Assembly (NCBI GenBank): GCA_951406725.2
Contig: OX597821.1
Coordinates: 10,912,001 to 10,976,000, forward strand
Origin: Octopus vulgaris
Taxonomy: Eukaryota
DNA length: 64,000 nucleotides
Direction: 5' to 3'
The notes under the pieces are model-generated. The model was not told the DNA's origin, did no database searches, and saw only the letters and a list, made by a program, of their open reading frames with translations. Position numbers and translations under genes: made by a program. Below, piece by piece: positions 42,251-55,689 of this stretch; the first letter of the stretch is position 1, and every line of letters starts with the position of its first letter.

Positions 42251-44791
42251 TAGTTAGTTGACCAGTGAGAATTATTAACTTAATATAATATTTTCCTAAA
42301 ATTCACACAACGGTTGGAATAGTAATAGGTTTGCACAATCAGATGAAATGAAATTTGATTCGACGAGTTTGGGACAGAACGAATAAAAAGGACTTTCAAA
42401 ATACTACAAAGTATTTTGTCTACTACCATGCAGTTCCTGAAAACCCATCGAATCTGTTAGTCAAGTATATTTCTTGCCTACAATTTACAATAACATGACA
42501 GTTCGATAAATCAGTTTGCATGATATGACTAAGTGTAAGGTTTCGTTTTCTTTCGCTTCAGAGTGCGGAAATGTGAAATAATTTTACATCTTAAAATTTT
42601 AGAAATTGCATAGTGTGGAAGTAAATGTTTTGCCAGTCGACTTCGTGTGTATTCACTCCACACCGTACTAATGCGTATATTTTCCTCCAATGTTCTGTTA
42701 CGATCTGAAACTAGAAAAATATCAACCCGCTCTGTGGTTTAAACGTAGTCACTGTTCTGAGGGAGGAAAGTTGCCATTATTAGTCAGCAATATTCTCATC
42801 AAGAAATAATGCATAAATCCTCTAAAGCAAAGCAAATATAAAACGTGTTTATGAAATTTGAGTTAATTACCTGATACTAGTTTTGTTAATCAAAGCCATC
42901 ATACCGGAAATATATTTGGGGGATTCCACAATTATAGGCTCTGTGTTGGGAAGTTCGGTATTAGTGCCATTGATGCCGAGTAGTTTTTGTAGAAATGATT
43001 TCCAGTCGAACTATAAATAAATAGATTAACATCAAAGCAATTAGAAAACGTGGAGAGAGCGAGAGAAAGAGAAGGAAAAAGAGTGAGTGAGAGAAGGAGT
43101 AAAAGCGAGATAAATAAATCAAGGAAAAGAGAACCAAATATGTAATCATAGATAGGAGAAATTTAATAAATTCAATCCAATAAAAAGTGATTATTTTCAC
43201 AAAACATGTTATACTGTAAATAGCTGAAGAGTTTCGTTCCTCTAGAATTAAGATCGGCTTGACCAAAACTTTCTAACGTATTTTGGATGCTTTTAATTGT
43301 GTGTGGGTAAATATCAGATGTTGGCCCACTACGTTTGTTCACCACTGCGAACACTTCGTCGATCATGCAGGAAAATTTCATCTTGTTCGTCCACAGCCAA
43401 TCTTTACCGTTAGATGATCAAAAGGATATTACATACGTAATGCATGTTATAAAACCTGGAAAATAATGATAGTAGTTGCAGCGCATAACTTCTGCTAAGG
43501 AACGATTTTGTTCTCTACATTTGGTTATGTTCTTAATAGTGATAGTATTATCAATTAGGGGACTGCCAATACGTAGGCTTCGGAAACTACCTGGGTTAAG
43601 TATCTCACAACAGGATCTGTGGCTGCTCTATGATCATTCCCAAGATCTTAATGTGCCAATTGTTGTTAATGCCTTAACCACTCTTGAAAGTTGGTATATT
43701 ACTCTCGCAGTAAAATTCGCTTTTCACCGGAGGCCCTGACGTGTATTTTCAAGCATATCTCCCTACTCAGATCTGCCCTCGCTCTCAACCTAAAAGTGAT
43801 ATCAAATTCTCATTAAAGGCCTGTAAGAATATTTAGCCAAAGAAAACGAACCCAGTACTTACGTATTAGGTTCGATTCATTCGACATGCGAAATGCTAAA
43901 TATCAGTGCCCACCGAGAGAGGCCGTAATGAATTATTCAATTAGGGCTAAGTAAACGACAGCATGTAAATTATTATTGGAAGAGTTCATATAATTTGCTG
44001 TGAATTGTCTCGCGCATGATTCTCAAGATACCCAAACCAGAAATAACAATCAGTGATTGGTCACGTTATGAGTAATAATATAAATAATGGTACATTGTTT
44101 TATAACGTACCTACCGGCACGACTTCTCCATCTATTTTTCCTTTAGCTTGCTTAGTTTCTCTTCAGATTTGCTGAATCAGTGCGAGGATTCGATCTAACA
44201 AATTTATTATACTCAGGATAAAATTTATTTTTCACCAGAGACCTTAATTGGCTTTGTGTATTTTCAAACATATCACCAGTAGTCAGATGTTCCTTCGTTG
44301 TCAAGTGATAAGTGATATCATACTTTCTTATTTGACTATAAAATGTAAATTGTTTAGTTTTCTTATCTAATATATCAGTATATATCTTAGAGAAGAAAAC
44401 GATGTAGGTAAGAAGCTGTAAGTATACAACAAATAAGTAAATACGATGGTAGAATTCAATCGAAGAAAAAATGTTTAATGTATAACATCTATAAAATAAA
44501 CAAAGAACCGAAGCTGAATACTATATGAAAGATAATTCTGTAGCTATCGCATAAAAAGAAAAAAGAAGAGTAAAAACATCAAGATACGTAATTCTTTATG
44601 TATATTATATATGTATGTATTCTACAATTTTCAATCTATTTATTTCTCCCCCTCTCACACTCACACTATCTCTCGATGTTCAGTGACACACACTAATGTA
44701 TACATATATATGTATCTATATGTGAGTAATTGTGTATGAACAAACTGATTTGTTAGATATGTATGTGTGTATGTTTTAATGTATGTATATA

Positions 44792-44829
<38 letters not shown>

Positions 44830-44831
44830 TT

Positions 44832-44897
<66 letters not shown>

Positions 44898-44951
44898 CAT
44901 ACATACAAATTAACATACATACACATGTATGTGTACATACATACAAACATG

Positions 44952-44982
<31 letters not shown>

Positions 44983-45129
44983 TACTATTTGTGCGTTTGC
45001 ATATATGTATACATACGTACGCTTATGCTGTGTGCACCTGTTGCTGAAATGAATGTAGAATTATACTGGCGATATTTAACGGTAATGTTGGCAATCACTA
45101 ACTCAATATTTAACTAGTATTCATTCTGG

Positions 45130-45540
45130 CGAGGTATCTTATTTATAGTCATGTAATTAAGGGATAAGAGTTCAAAAACAGAGCCACCTCAACGATAGTT
45201 CATATAGATGCTCAGGTCAAGGTTTTTCACTGTGTGAAGAACAAGTTGAAAAAGACGAGGGCGAGTACACAGCCCTGTTTCATACCAATGGGAATGTTGA
45301 AAGAGTTGGTGCAGTCAACATTTCAAAGAACGTGACCCATGATATTTTCGTGAAAGAGTTTTTTGAGTGCGATGAACTTGTGTGTGTAGTGCAACTTAGT
45401 TAAGCTGGTCCACAAATCTTCTCTGTCGATTGTATCAAAAGCCTTCGCCAGGTTTATTAACTAAGAGTACAAATCCATCCAGAGTCGCAGTTGATGATCC
45501 TGTTGAAGAGGATGCGAGCCAAGAGTGTTCGGCAATGTAA
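45130..45540 (-). mobile_element. RTE-clade LINE RT fragment
   Basis: LARILFNR; LAKAFDTIDRE; GMKQGCVLA. Confidence 0.75.
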
Positions 45541-45720
45541 AATAAAAGTCAAAAAGTTATAAATAATATAATATATAAAAGAAGTTGCAAAATATAGAAC
45601 ATATATACCTAAGCGCACACACACACAAACATACGCAGGTGCACATTTTTGAATGGCCCTTGCCTATTCTTGAGTTCCTTCGCCTTTATATATTTATATA
45701 TGAACGTATATATATATATT

Positions 45721-45777
<57 letters not shown>

Positions 45778-46075
45778 TTATATGTATACATATAGATGTA
45801 TATGGACACATACATATAAATGTATATAAATAGGGTTATGTGTAGGTGTATATAGAATGGGAGAGGTTTTTGATGTAAACATGATTAGTTTGTATTAATT
45901 TGCGAATAAAAGAAAACTGTAATACAGAGAATAATTATTCTTGCAAACATATACTCGTAATTTCTTGCATACTGAAATTCATGCTAGATGATGAAGTTCG
46001 TGAAACTGTCGTATTCCAATGAATGTTCCGTGGTTAAATAAATTTATACTTTTCTACACTGGACTCAAGAGTACA

Positions 46076-46258
46076 TATTGGGGAGGGGGATGTCGATTAG
46101 ATCGACCCCAGTACCCAACTGTTATTTAATTTATCGACCCCGAATGGATGAAAGGCAAAGTCGACCTCGGCGGAATTTGAACTCAGAACAAAAAAAGACA
46201 GACGAAATACCGCTAAGCATTTCACCCGGTGTGCTAACGTTTCTGCCAGCTCACCGCT
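46076..46258 (-). mobile_element. SINE family B, well preserved
   Basis: - strand head gcggtgagctggcagaaacgttagcac..ctgagttcaaattccgccgaggtcgactttgcctttcatcc. Confidence 0.85.
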
Positions 46259-46298
46259 TCACCTGTGAAACTTTTTAAATTCATATATGTGTGTTTGC

Positions 46299-46332
<34 letters not shown>

Positions 46333-46412
46333 ATGTATGTATGTATGTACATATATATATAAACACATATAGGTGTATGAGTATGTGTGTGTATATGTGA
46401 GTGTGTGTGTGA

Positions 46413-46890
46413 AAGTACCAACACAGGACATGTAAACCTCAACGAAAAACACCAGATACGACCACATCATGAAAGTAGCAGCAATAGTGATGCAGCTAAC
46501 ACAGTAACAACGACGCAAAATAAGGTCACAGCTGCGATGCATACAACTAAATATAATAAATACTCACACAGAGAAAAATCAAGATGCCCATTAAGGAGAC
46601 TGTGTATGAGTACAAATCTTATATACAAATGTACTGTACACACAAGACGAGGACGATATGTCTACATCGGAGCAACGACTGATTTATTCCAGAAATAGTA
46701 TCGGAGCTATATTGCCAGCTTCAAGAAAATCAGCAAGAGATTTTCAACATCATTTGTCGATTTTATGAAGTGACATAAGGAAGATAAAATTAAGTATAAC
46801 ATAAATTGGTCCATAGTAAGGTAGGCAAATCCATATCATATCGTTTCCAGGAGATGCCGAATTTTCTCCAAGGAATTATTGCCATAGACG
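46413..46890 (+). mobile_element. Naiad-like PLE GIY-YIG fragment, followed by degraded tandem repeat units (~46890-47400, ~49320-49520)
   Basis: SRCPLRRLCMSTNLIYKCTV...YVYIGATT..FQK..; INWSIV..ANPY. Confidence 0.7.
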
Positions 46891-47405
46891 TCTTCTTATT
46901 TGCAGCTAAGAAGGCGTTAACCTCTTATTTCTAGCAATGTAGGTGCTACTCTGCACCACCAGTCAATATTAAGGACAATTGAATTCTTCTGTCTTGGTTT
47001 TATATTTCGTATAGTCGCCATCGTTATTATATAATTTTCACATTACCATTTTGGTGTATCATCCATTAATTTATATGGTAAATGATATATACTGACAGCT
47101 GGTATTTGACCAAATCATTCAGCTGCGGATTAATCACCTCTGAAGAGATTTAATTTCAAACCAAACAAGAATTCTAATAAGAGGGTCTTGCTCGCTGTGG
47201 AGCGGTTAGTTCTCCTGTCAGAACATAGACTTCTGCTAGTTTGCGTCAAAGTCGGGTTTCATCTCTTATCTTCAGCAATGTAGGTACAACCCTGCACCAC
47301 CAGTAACAATTAGTGACAATGGATGTTTCCTTTTTTGGCGTATAATGCTTATAGCTGCGTCACGTTATTGAAGAGGTTTAATTTCAAAGGACACAGGAAT
47401 TCTGG

Positions 47406-49257
47406 TGTTAAGGAAATATTGTGACCACCCAACAAGTGACTAAAAGTAGACTGAGACATTGCTATAAAATACAGAATTTTAATTCATTTGAAAGCAGTTC
47501 ACTGTGAGCAGTGCCAGAAAGCGTTTACCCTCGCGTAACAATAATGGCACTGCGTCGGATGAATACTTCTCCGCTCCCGCTGCGATAAACAACAGGATAT
47601 AAGAGTGGCGGCGAGTTGTCCGAAGCTTCCGTTGGACGTTAAGATTTGTTGTTGTACAAAACTAAAGAAAAAATCGTTTTAACATGGAAGACATTTTGGT
47701 GCAGTTGATGCAGTTGCAATTTTATCGGCAACAACAACAGTAACTACAACATCAACAAACGCAACTACAACAGACATTACAACATCAACTTCAACAGAAA
47801 CTACAACAGCAGCAACAAAACCAACAATTGCTGGAATTAATGTGGAAGAAGTTTGAAAATACTTCGCCAGACAGCGCAGCAAACTTAATTGAAGAATTCA
47901 GTTATAATCCAGAAGATGACGTTACCGTCTCTGCCTCTTTTCCGAAGATACGAAGAAATCTTCAAAGAATAATGTAAAAATTTGTTTGGTGAGAAAAAAT
48001 ATGACTACGTTTAAGAATGTTATCTGCTCTTGAACACGAAAAATGAAGTAATTATATTCTGCCTAGAAAACCAGGTGAGATTTGTTTCAATGAAGCATTT
48101 TTTTAGCAAAAGATTTCCCTGTTCAATACTTGCTGGCAGTGTTTAACTTTAGTTAAAAAAAAAAATGATGAATTCAATTAATTAATCCCGGGCATGTGCT
48201 AGTGTCTAATTTTTCTTCAAGGGCTTCTTAAAAGCAAAGATACAGAGCTAACTTCCCGGATACTAACAAAATTAGAGCAAAATCAAAAGTTAACTCTACA
48301 GCCAGTAGTAGAAGAATGCCGTAGGATTATAAATCTAAGAAATGACGCAGATAAAATTGAAGAAAAAGATTGCTCTCATATTCATTCGTGTCGACAGATA
48401 AAAGATAATAAAGAAGTGAAAAATGCCAAGACCGAATGCATGTTATGGGTGCGATCTGTGGAATACATTCTAAAAGTAATTATCCGTTTAAAAATATGTG
48501 TGGTAAAACAGGTCATGAAAAAGTCACGCTGTAAAACAAAACCTAAAAAACGGTTCAACAGTTCAACGGTTCAACAGACAAGAAATACGGTGAAAAGAAA
48601 TACGAACGAGCCTCAAACGAAATGCGTGTATGTAAAAATTAATAGCACAAACGCAAAGTTACAATTGGATAGGGATACTGATATCTCTATAATTAACACA
48701 GATACATAGAAAAAATCGGGAAACCTAGATCAAGAAAAAACTTCGAAAATTACACATTTTTTTTCAGAAAGAAAATTACAAGGTCGGATTGATAAGTGAC
48801 GTTACTTTTCGTTAAAAAACCTGAAAAGCCAAAGTCTTTTTTGTCTTGAATAATACAACAAATTTATTCGGAATAGACAGGATGGAATTATTTAATTTAT
48901 GCGACCGCCCCATAAATCTTTCTCTGTAAAAATGTGAATGGTTTTTACGCCAGTACGCATAAGTCGCCAGATTCTTTTTTAAAGAGAATTAAATAAGTTT
49001 TTTCCTGAAGTTCTGTCTGATGAATTTGGTCTGTGCATTAAAACAAAAGGAAAGTTTCAAATTAAAAGGAAAATGTTATACTGGTGTTTAAGCCAACACG
49101 AACTATACCTTTCACAGCGTTAGAACAGATAAACTTTAGGGACAGAATTAGGGACAGAAAAAGTGAACTGACACATTGCTATAGAATAAAGAACTGTAAT
49201 TGATTAATAGGCAGTTCACTGTCAGACGTGACAGAGAGCGTTTAACCTCGTGTAACA
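47406..49257 (+). mobile_element. Internally deleted Gypsy-type LTR retrotransposon (K02A2.6-like)
   Basis: Direct repeats 47406-47540 (TG..CA) and ~49158-49257; PBS-like tggcactg after the 5' LTR; gag EFSYNPEDDVT..FRRYEEIF; protease LQLDRDTDISIIN..NLFGID; pre-RT PEVLSDEFGLC..PVFKP..IPFTA. Confidence 0.8.
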
Positions 49258-49842
49258 GTAATTGTAGTTCACCGAGTAAATACTTTCTTTTCCCCTTCTT
49301 CATTAAATTATTTATCCCATACCAGAATGTAGAATCTAGTATGATGATCTCGCTCGTTAAAGGGCGGTTAGCTCCACTGCCAGCACTTGGACTTCTGCTT
49401 CTTTCCGAAAAAGAGGGTTTTAAACCTCTTATTTCTAGAGTACACTGTACTGTCAGTCACAATTAGTGACAACTGAAATGTTCTTCCTTGGTGTTATATT
49501 GCTTACAACCGCCTTCGTTATTCAGTATATACGTATGTGAGTGTGTGTGTGTATGTGGGTGGGTGCCCGTATGTGTATGTGGGTGTTTGTATGTTAAGTT
49601 TACCATTGGCTTAATTTTAAGAAAGTATCTTAACATCTTAATGACATTTCAAGCCGATCAAGTAGAGGGATGTTCTTCGTCTCTATTTCTCAAGAAAACA
49701 CGAAACTTCGCAGGAATACAAAATATCCGCCAAATGCTTTGTTGAGCACTCATATTCAATGTTCGACATTTACATACATATATATATATATATGTGTGCG
49801 TGTGCCTATGTATGTATGTATGTATGTATGTATGTATGTATG

Positions 49843-49873
<31 letters not shown>

Positions 49874-49923
49874 GAATAAATGAAAGAATGGAGTCGAACG
49901 AAGATTTTAACAAAATTCCTTCA

Positions 49924-50006
49924 CTCTCGACACATGTTTCGAAGACGGCATACTTTTAATTCCGAATGAATAAGGGGTGCATTATGCCATCTTCTCATCA
50001 GGAAAG
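49924..50006 (-). ncRNA. Canonical type I hammerhead ribozyme (inverted copy)
   Basis: Reverse complement of the 50100-50182 motif. Core and stems are intact; differences fall in the stem II loop. Confidence 0.88.
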
Positions 50007-50099
50007 ATAAGGAGCCTCTTTCAGCCACAAGACTGTGGTCATCATGTAGGCAATCATCAAAAACTTTTGTTCGTCTTGTGGCTGAAAGAGGCTCCTTAT

Positions 50100-50182
50100 C
50101 TTTCCTGATGAGAAGATGGCATAATGCCTTCTTTATTCCTTCGGAATTAAAAGTATGCCGTCTTCGAAACATGTGTCGAGAG
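50100..50182 (+). ncRNA. Canonical type I hammerhead ribozyme
   Basis: ctttc-CTGATGA-gaagatggcata-[loop]-tatgccgtcttc-GAA-AC-atgt-GTC-gagag. Stem II is 12 bp and the cleavage site is GUC. Confidence 0.88.
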
Positions 50183-50376
50183 TAAAGGAATTTTGTTAAA
50201 ATCTTCGTTCGACTCCATTCTTTCATTTATTCATATAAAAAACACACAAATTTCCACACAAGAACCCGGAGTTTCTACCCTTGACAGATCGCTTCAACCG
50301 TGTTTTCTGACGTGAATTTGCTACCCAGGTATCTGTTAAACGAATTTTCCATTCTAGGATAATTCATTCACCTACT

Positions 50377-50416
<40 letters not shown>

Positions 50417-51353
50417 CAAGTACCCAAGAAATAGAAGCGCTAAGCAATGATTTGTACAAATATAGACTTGAGATATCATCGAAGCTGTACAAAGCATTTC
50501 GCTCTGTTATGTCATGGAAAACATTTTCTCTCTGTAGACAAATAGTTGCAAACACATAAAATCACCTCTTTGCACTGCTGCCTTGATATATGGATACGTA
50601 CATTTCAGAGTACTTATCACTTCTTCAGCATAAACGCTAGAAATGGATGGACACTACAAAAGATCAGGTCGTTGTTATTGCATTAAACTCAACGTATTGC
50701 GAGTGGTTGTGTTAATCTGTAGCATGACCGTAATAAAATACGGCTTACAAGTACTAAGTTGCGATGTTTACAAATATAAAATGTTTGTCTTTTCAAACAA
50801 GCTTTAGTCATATAAGGAACCATAAGAACGGCATTCACTGTATTATGACATGGAGAAAAAATCTGGTAACAGTAATGAATTACTGAACATTGTCTTACCA
50901 TAAAAAGAGTTCTCTTACTGCTATTTATTAATACGTGGCATAATATTCCTTAGTAATAAATCAATGCACGAATTTTTATGGATTTTTTTCTTGCAGTTCT
51001 TAGTGACAAATCAATGCAAATGTTTTTGTAGTATTGATGTGAAAATTTTGAATTTAGTGAAGAGATTGTCCGTGATTGCTTATCAAATAAGAGAGTTTCT
51101 TTTTATATCCTCCATATATCATCAAGAAATATTACCAAAGCCAGCTGTTTCTCAGTATTTCAAAACTTACACTATTCATCCTTACATCGTCCACAAATTA
51201 TTTTCTCTTATATTAATGCATTTTTAAACATAGTTTGCATATATACGTATAAATATATATCTGTGTGTGTTTGTGTGGGTGCATGTATATGCATACACAG
51301 ATGCAAGCATACACACACAAGTATACGTACATTTATATATACACATGTGAGTG

Positions 51354-51398
<45 letters not shown>

Positions 51399-52335
51399 GT
51401 GTGTGTGTGTGTGTGTGTGTGTGTGCGTATTTCTGTATGTATGTATATATATAGTTAATCCAAACATGAAAACACAAAGGGAAAACACAACAACGAGAGG
51501 ACGCGGAAAAAGTTTAGTATTATTGGACGCTGAGGAAAGAAGGAAAGATATACAAACACACACACACACACACACACCACATAAATTGATTCTATATCAT
51601 CGGTCAAAAGTATTATGAATTATGTAGTTAAGATTTTTTACGTCTAAAAATGAGATGGACAAGTTATTTCTAAATATGTCTTAGAATGAGATTAGGAATG
51701 CCAGAAAATATGTCTGGGGTGACAGAAATGGATTTAGGGAAGCTAACTGGAATATGTATAAATTTGTACACTAAAAGAGATCAGTGTCACAGTCAATATG
51801 AAGAAATATACGAGACTGCTGGATTGACTGAGGCTGATGAAAGGATCAGCATTCTGAGAGAGGGAGACAGACATATATGTCTACGTATTTCAAATGAAAA
51901 GCTCCTGCATTATACCGAATTTTATGCTTATGAGTTTGTTTAGGGGTGCATACCACTCTTCACAATGCCATTGGGGTTTAGGCAAGAGAACTGTCGATAC
52001 ATCAAGGCACTAGTTGCTATCAGAACCACCAGTTTGATTACATGCTGCCGAATATACATTGATTTCGCTAATCGAAGAGGCGGTTAATTTATGTATATTT
52101 TTATTTTCCACACCGTAAAGTTGAATGCCAAATTTGACCTACACGGCGTTTGACCTCAAATTATTAGTATCCGAAAAAATTACAGGTTAGATTTTAATGA
52201 TTCTTTCAATATCTCCTTCTAAGTCATCATCAGCGTATGCGTATGTGCGCGTATGTGTGGGTCTGTGTGTTTATGCGTGCTGATATATATATACATATGT
52301 GTGTATATGTGTGTGCATATGTATGTATATATATG

Positions 52336-52387
52336 CCAGGTGTCCCATAAATTTCTGATGGCTTTCGGTTTTTAATAACTTCCTTAG

Positions 52388-52424
<37 letters not shown>

Positions 52425-52900
52425 GATATAATGGAAATTAATATGCACAAGCCAAGGATAGCAACACCACTACATCACAAATGAAAAATGGCATCGCTTA
52501 AATGGCAGCCATTTTCAGTTTCACGCCTGTACACTTTCCAAAGCTTGCACCATAAAACCCTCAAGAGTTTCAGACCCCACTTCTCTGATTTTTTCTATTG
52601 AAGGCCTCCTTCAGTTGCACTAGGGTTTCTGGTTTGTTGACCTAAATCCTCTCTTTCAGATATCCATGACTCAAATTTCTCTGCTCCCAGCCATTCAAAG
52701 TAGACACACATATGGATCTAGGAAGATGGAGCAACTTCTCATACCGCAAGGGAAACAATGCAGTTACCACGGCAGTGCTTTGAAGAGAGAATAATTTCCC
52801 GTCTACGGCAACGTCAACTTGCCTTCAGGTTCCCCATACTTGACTAGACCGGATCTTTTACTTTTGAGGATGTTATGTTGCAAGCTTTGGAAAGAGCACG
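52336..52900 (-). mobile_element. Tc1/mariner-superfamily remnant
   Basis: GYLKERI.VNKPETLVQLKEA on the - strand; caggtgtccc TIR-like end. Confidence 0.6.
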
Positions 52901-54190
52901 AAAATAGTTGCCATTTAATTGATGTCATTTTCATAAGTGATGCAGTGGTGTTTCAAACTCTGACACATGCATATTCATTCCCATTATGCCATTTATATTG
53001 TCGCTAAATTTCATTCAATTATTTGTAAGGTTAATTGAGTTATTCACAAATGAAATCCCTCAGTGAATTTTGGGACTTTAGGGACTTTTGCTAAAATCTC
53101 ATTTGCAATATTATACCAAACAATGCAGTCTACGGTCTGCGCAACTTTCAGATGGCGAGCACGTGGGCGTGGTAAAATAGCTGTTGTCACGAGGTTGAAT
53201 CGATCTCAGAACTGAATTTCGAAATGATCTTTTTACCCACACTGCATTGTTCGGTATTATATTCAAGCAGATTGGAGCAAGAGACTCATTTGGTCTTTTT
53301 TTATATGTTTTCCGTTTCTTATATATTTTTTTTCATTCACCAGACTTAAGAGATGCAGAGATACTGCTGGTTATAGAATTTTCTTTTTTTCTTTCTATTA
53401 TCATTTTATTAACTCGACTAATAAACAAATACAGAAATGTAAAATTTAGTTGTTTAGCTTGGAGTTATTTCTGATGTAGCCAGAAGGAAGAAATTCAAAC
53501 ATAAAAAAAATGTTTCAGACATTTAACTACGATTCAGAATTGACAAAATATATCTTAGACTACCTGAAGGGGAAATAAAAGGAAGAAATAAAAATGTGTA
53601 AGCTTTTAGCATGAAGTTAACATTGTTTTATTCTTCGTTACTTTCTTTTCAAATATAGAAACACGAATTTGATGGGAGCGCAGGAGAATGTGGGAGTGGC
53701 TGATGTATTTTCTCGAGTTGTTAGTGTATAGAACGAAACGATTTGCGGTATTTATTCTAGTTCATTGTTATAGGGTCTAATCCCGTTATATTTACAGCAG
53801 TGGAAATCTTAGTCCGGTACAGTGGGTTTTTTTTTTTTACTCCTTGGCTCCATTCATGTGAGCTTGCTGTTAAGGATGCTTTCCTTCTTCTACGCCAATA
53901 GGTTCAGAAGCCATTACTGTGGCCAATGTAATTTCTTCTACTAATTACACGAGAGGTAACTAGAGCGCGCAAGCTACGAATAACTTGAGCACATGAAAAC
54001 TCCAGGGTAAAAATATCTGTCATATTAGAACATTACCTGGGAAAAATGACTTGTAGTTTTATCCTGAACAGAAATATTGAGAGGCAGATGTGAGTAATTA
54101 TCTGTATATGTGTGCCTAGTTCAGTTACATATTTTCATAAACAGCCATTTAACAGATGCATGATTAGGCACACATGCACTTTTATGTATA

Positions 54191-54260
<70 letters not shown>

Positions 54261-54792
54261 TCTATAATATCTGCATAAGGGATCGTTAGAAACAATCTTG
54301 ATGCCAGCCAGGTTTATTTTCCCTGAACAGATCTAACAATATACTGCTTATTACATCTTTAAAAGTTACAATTTTTGATGATTCTAAAATATTGTTATAT
54401 CAAAAGATATGTAGAATATCTTTTTAGATATTTTAGGGGTTATTTTGTTGATGGACTTCCTTTTATACTTGTTCCTGTTCTTTCATTACTCCTTTTTATA
54501 GGTATGTCCTTTTAAAAAAGGTTAGATCTGTATCTTTCAATACATCTCAACGCCTCTAAAACAAACTTAGTTTACTTTCATCATAAGTTGAATTTAACAT
54601 TAGCGTCTTATGAAGCTAAATTTATAAGTTATAAAATTGCAGAAGAATTCGTTACTGGGCAGTTTAGCTTAATGATAAAGCACTTGATGAGTAATCACAG
54701 AAATGTGAGTTACAGTCTCATGGCTGGCCGGCGGTGCATTTTTCTGCAATGTATGGATAACTTATCCTGCTCGCGCGTTTGAGAATAAATAA

Positions 54793-54834
<42 letters not shown>

Positions 54835-54855
54835 CAACAACTCTACCAATATATT

Positions 54856-54890
<35 letters not shown>

Positions 54891-55103
54891 GGTGGTTTTC
54901 TATTCCTTTTGAAAAGTTTGACCATTTCCTGTACATAGGCCTTATAACCATCATGGCATCTGATCGGTTTATCTTTTTATCTTTTAATTTGCAGTACTTT
55001 CCCAACTGTAATGCAAATATAATGAACCAAGTATCTTTTTAATTTTCTTCTCGATTCCCACTTATTGACTTCTAAAATTATATATATGTATGTGTGTGTG
55101 TGT

Positions 55104-55135
<32 letters not shown>

Positions 55136-55229
55136 TTGTGTATGTGTGCGTATTGATAGAAAGGGTAAGGCAACAAAAGAATGGAAGAGAACTCCATATC
55201 ATGCAAATAGAGAAATTTATCTATAATTA

Positions 55230-55680
55230 TAGTATGTGACAATTATTCGGTAGCCATGATAAAACTCGGAGTTTGGTATGTCGGGGCGGAAACCCATGCC
55301 ACTATCTCTACAGTTATCCGGTCATCGAAACATTGCTATGAAATTGACCGTTAAAGAAACGGAAATTACTGTGTGATTGACCGTTAGTAAGATAAAAGAG
55401 CAATTAAAATGACCGTTAAGTTAGGGGACGCAGTACATATAAGGGAGTAAAAATGTTAATACTATTCACATAAGCGCGCATGTCTATACCTACACATGCG
55501 AGCCCGCACACCTACGCACCTGCGTCTATAAGTATATACAATCCAGCCTCACTTGAAACACACACATGCTCACCCACACATTCACCAAAAATACACATAC
55601 ATACCTGCATACACGCTCGCGCGCGCACAGACTGGGTTCATGCACACGTCTATATACGCACATGGACAAGGAACAACAGG
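55230..55680 (-). mobile_element. Solo pLTR related to 32278-32520, with degraded HHR
   Basis: Shares tatgtgacaattattcggt..gccatgataaaactc..tgtcggggcggaa..tgaccgttaa and the following CA-rich tract. Confidence 0.75.
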
Positions 55681-55689
55681 GCTAGAGGC

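Larger units (their letters stand above)
49869..50380. mobile_element. Non-coding palindromic element (inverted pLTR pair plus tail) in (TA)n
   Basis: ~165-bp arms at 49869-50033 and 50073-50237, a 39-bp spacer and a unique tail at 50238-50380. Confidence 0.9.

Noticed and set aside
43172-43460. Possible host exon on the - strand after a ttttccag acceptor
   Set aside because: In-frame TGA, no recognisable domain and no partner exons.
54681-54720. TTGATGA plus hairpin gtaatcaca-gaaa-tgtgagttac
   Set aside because: No GAAA or stem III follows the hairpin.
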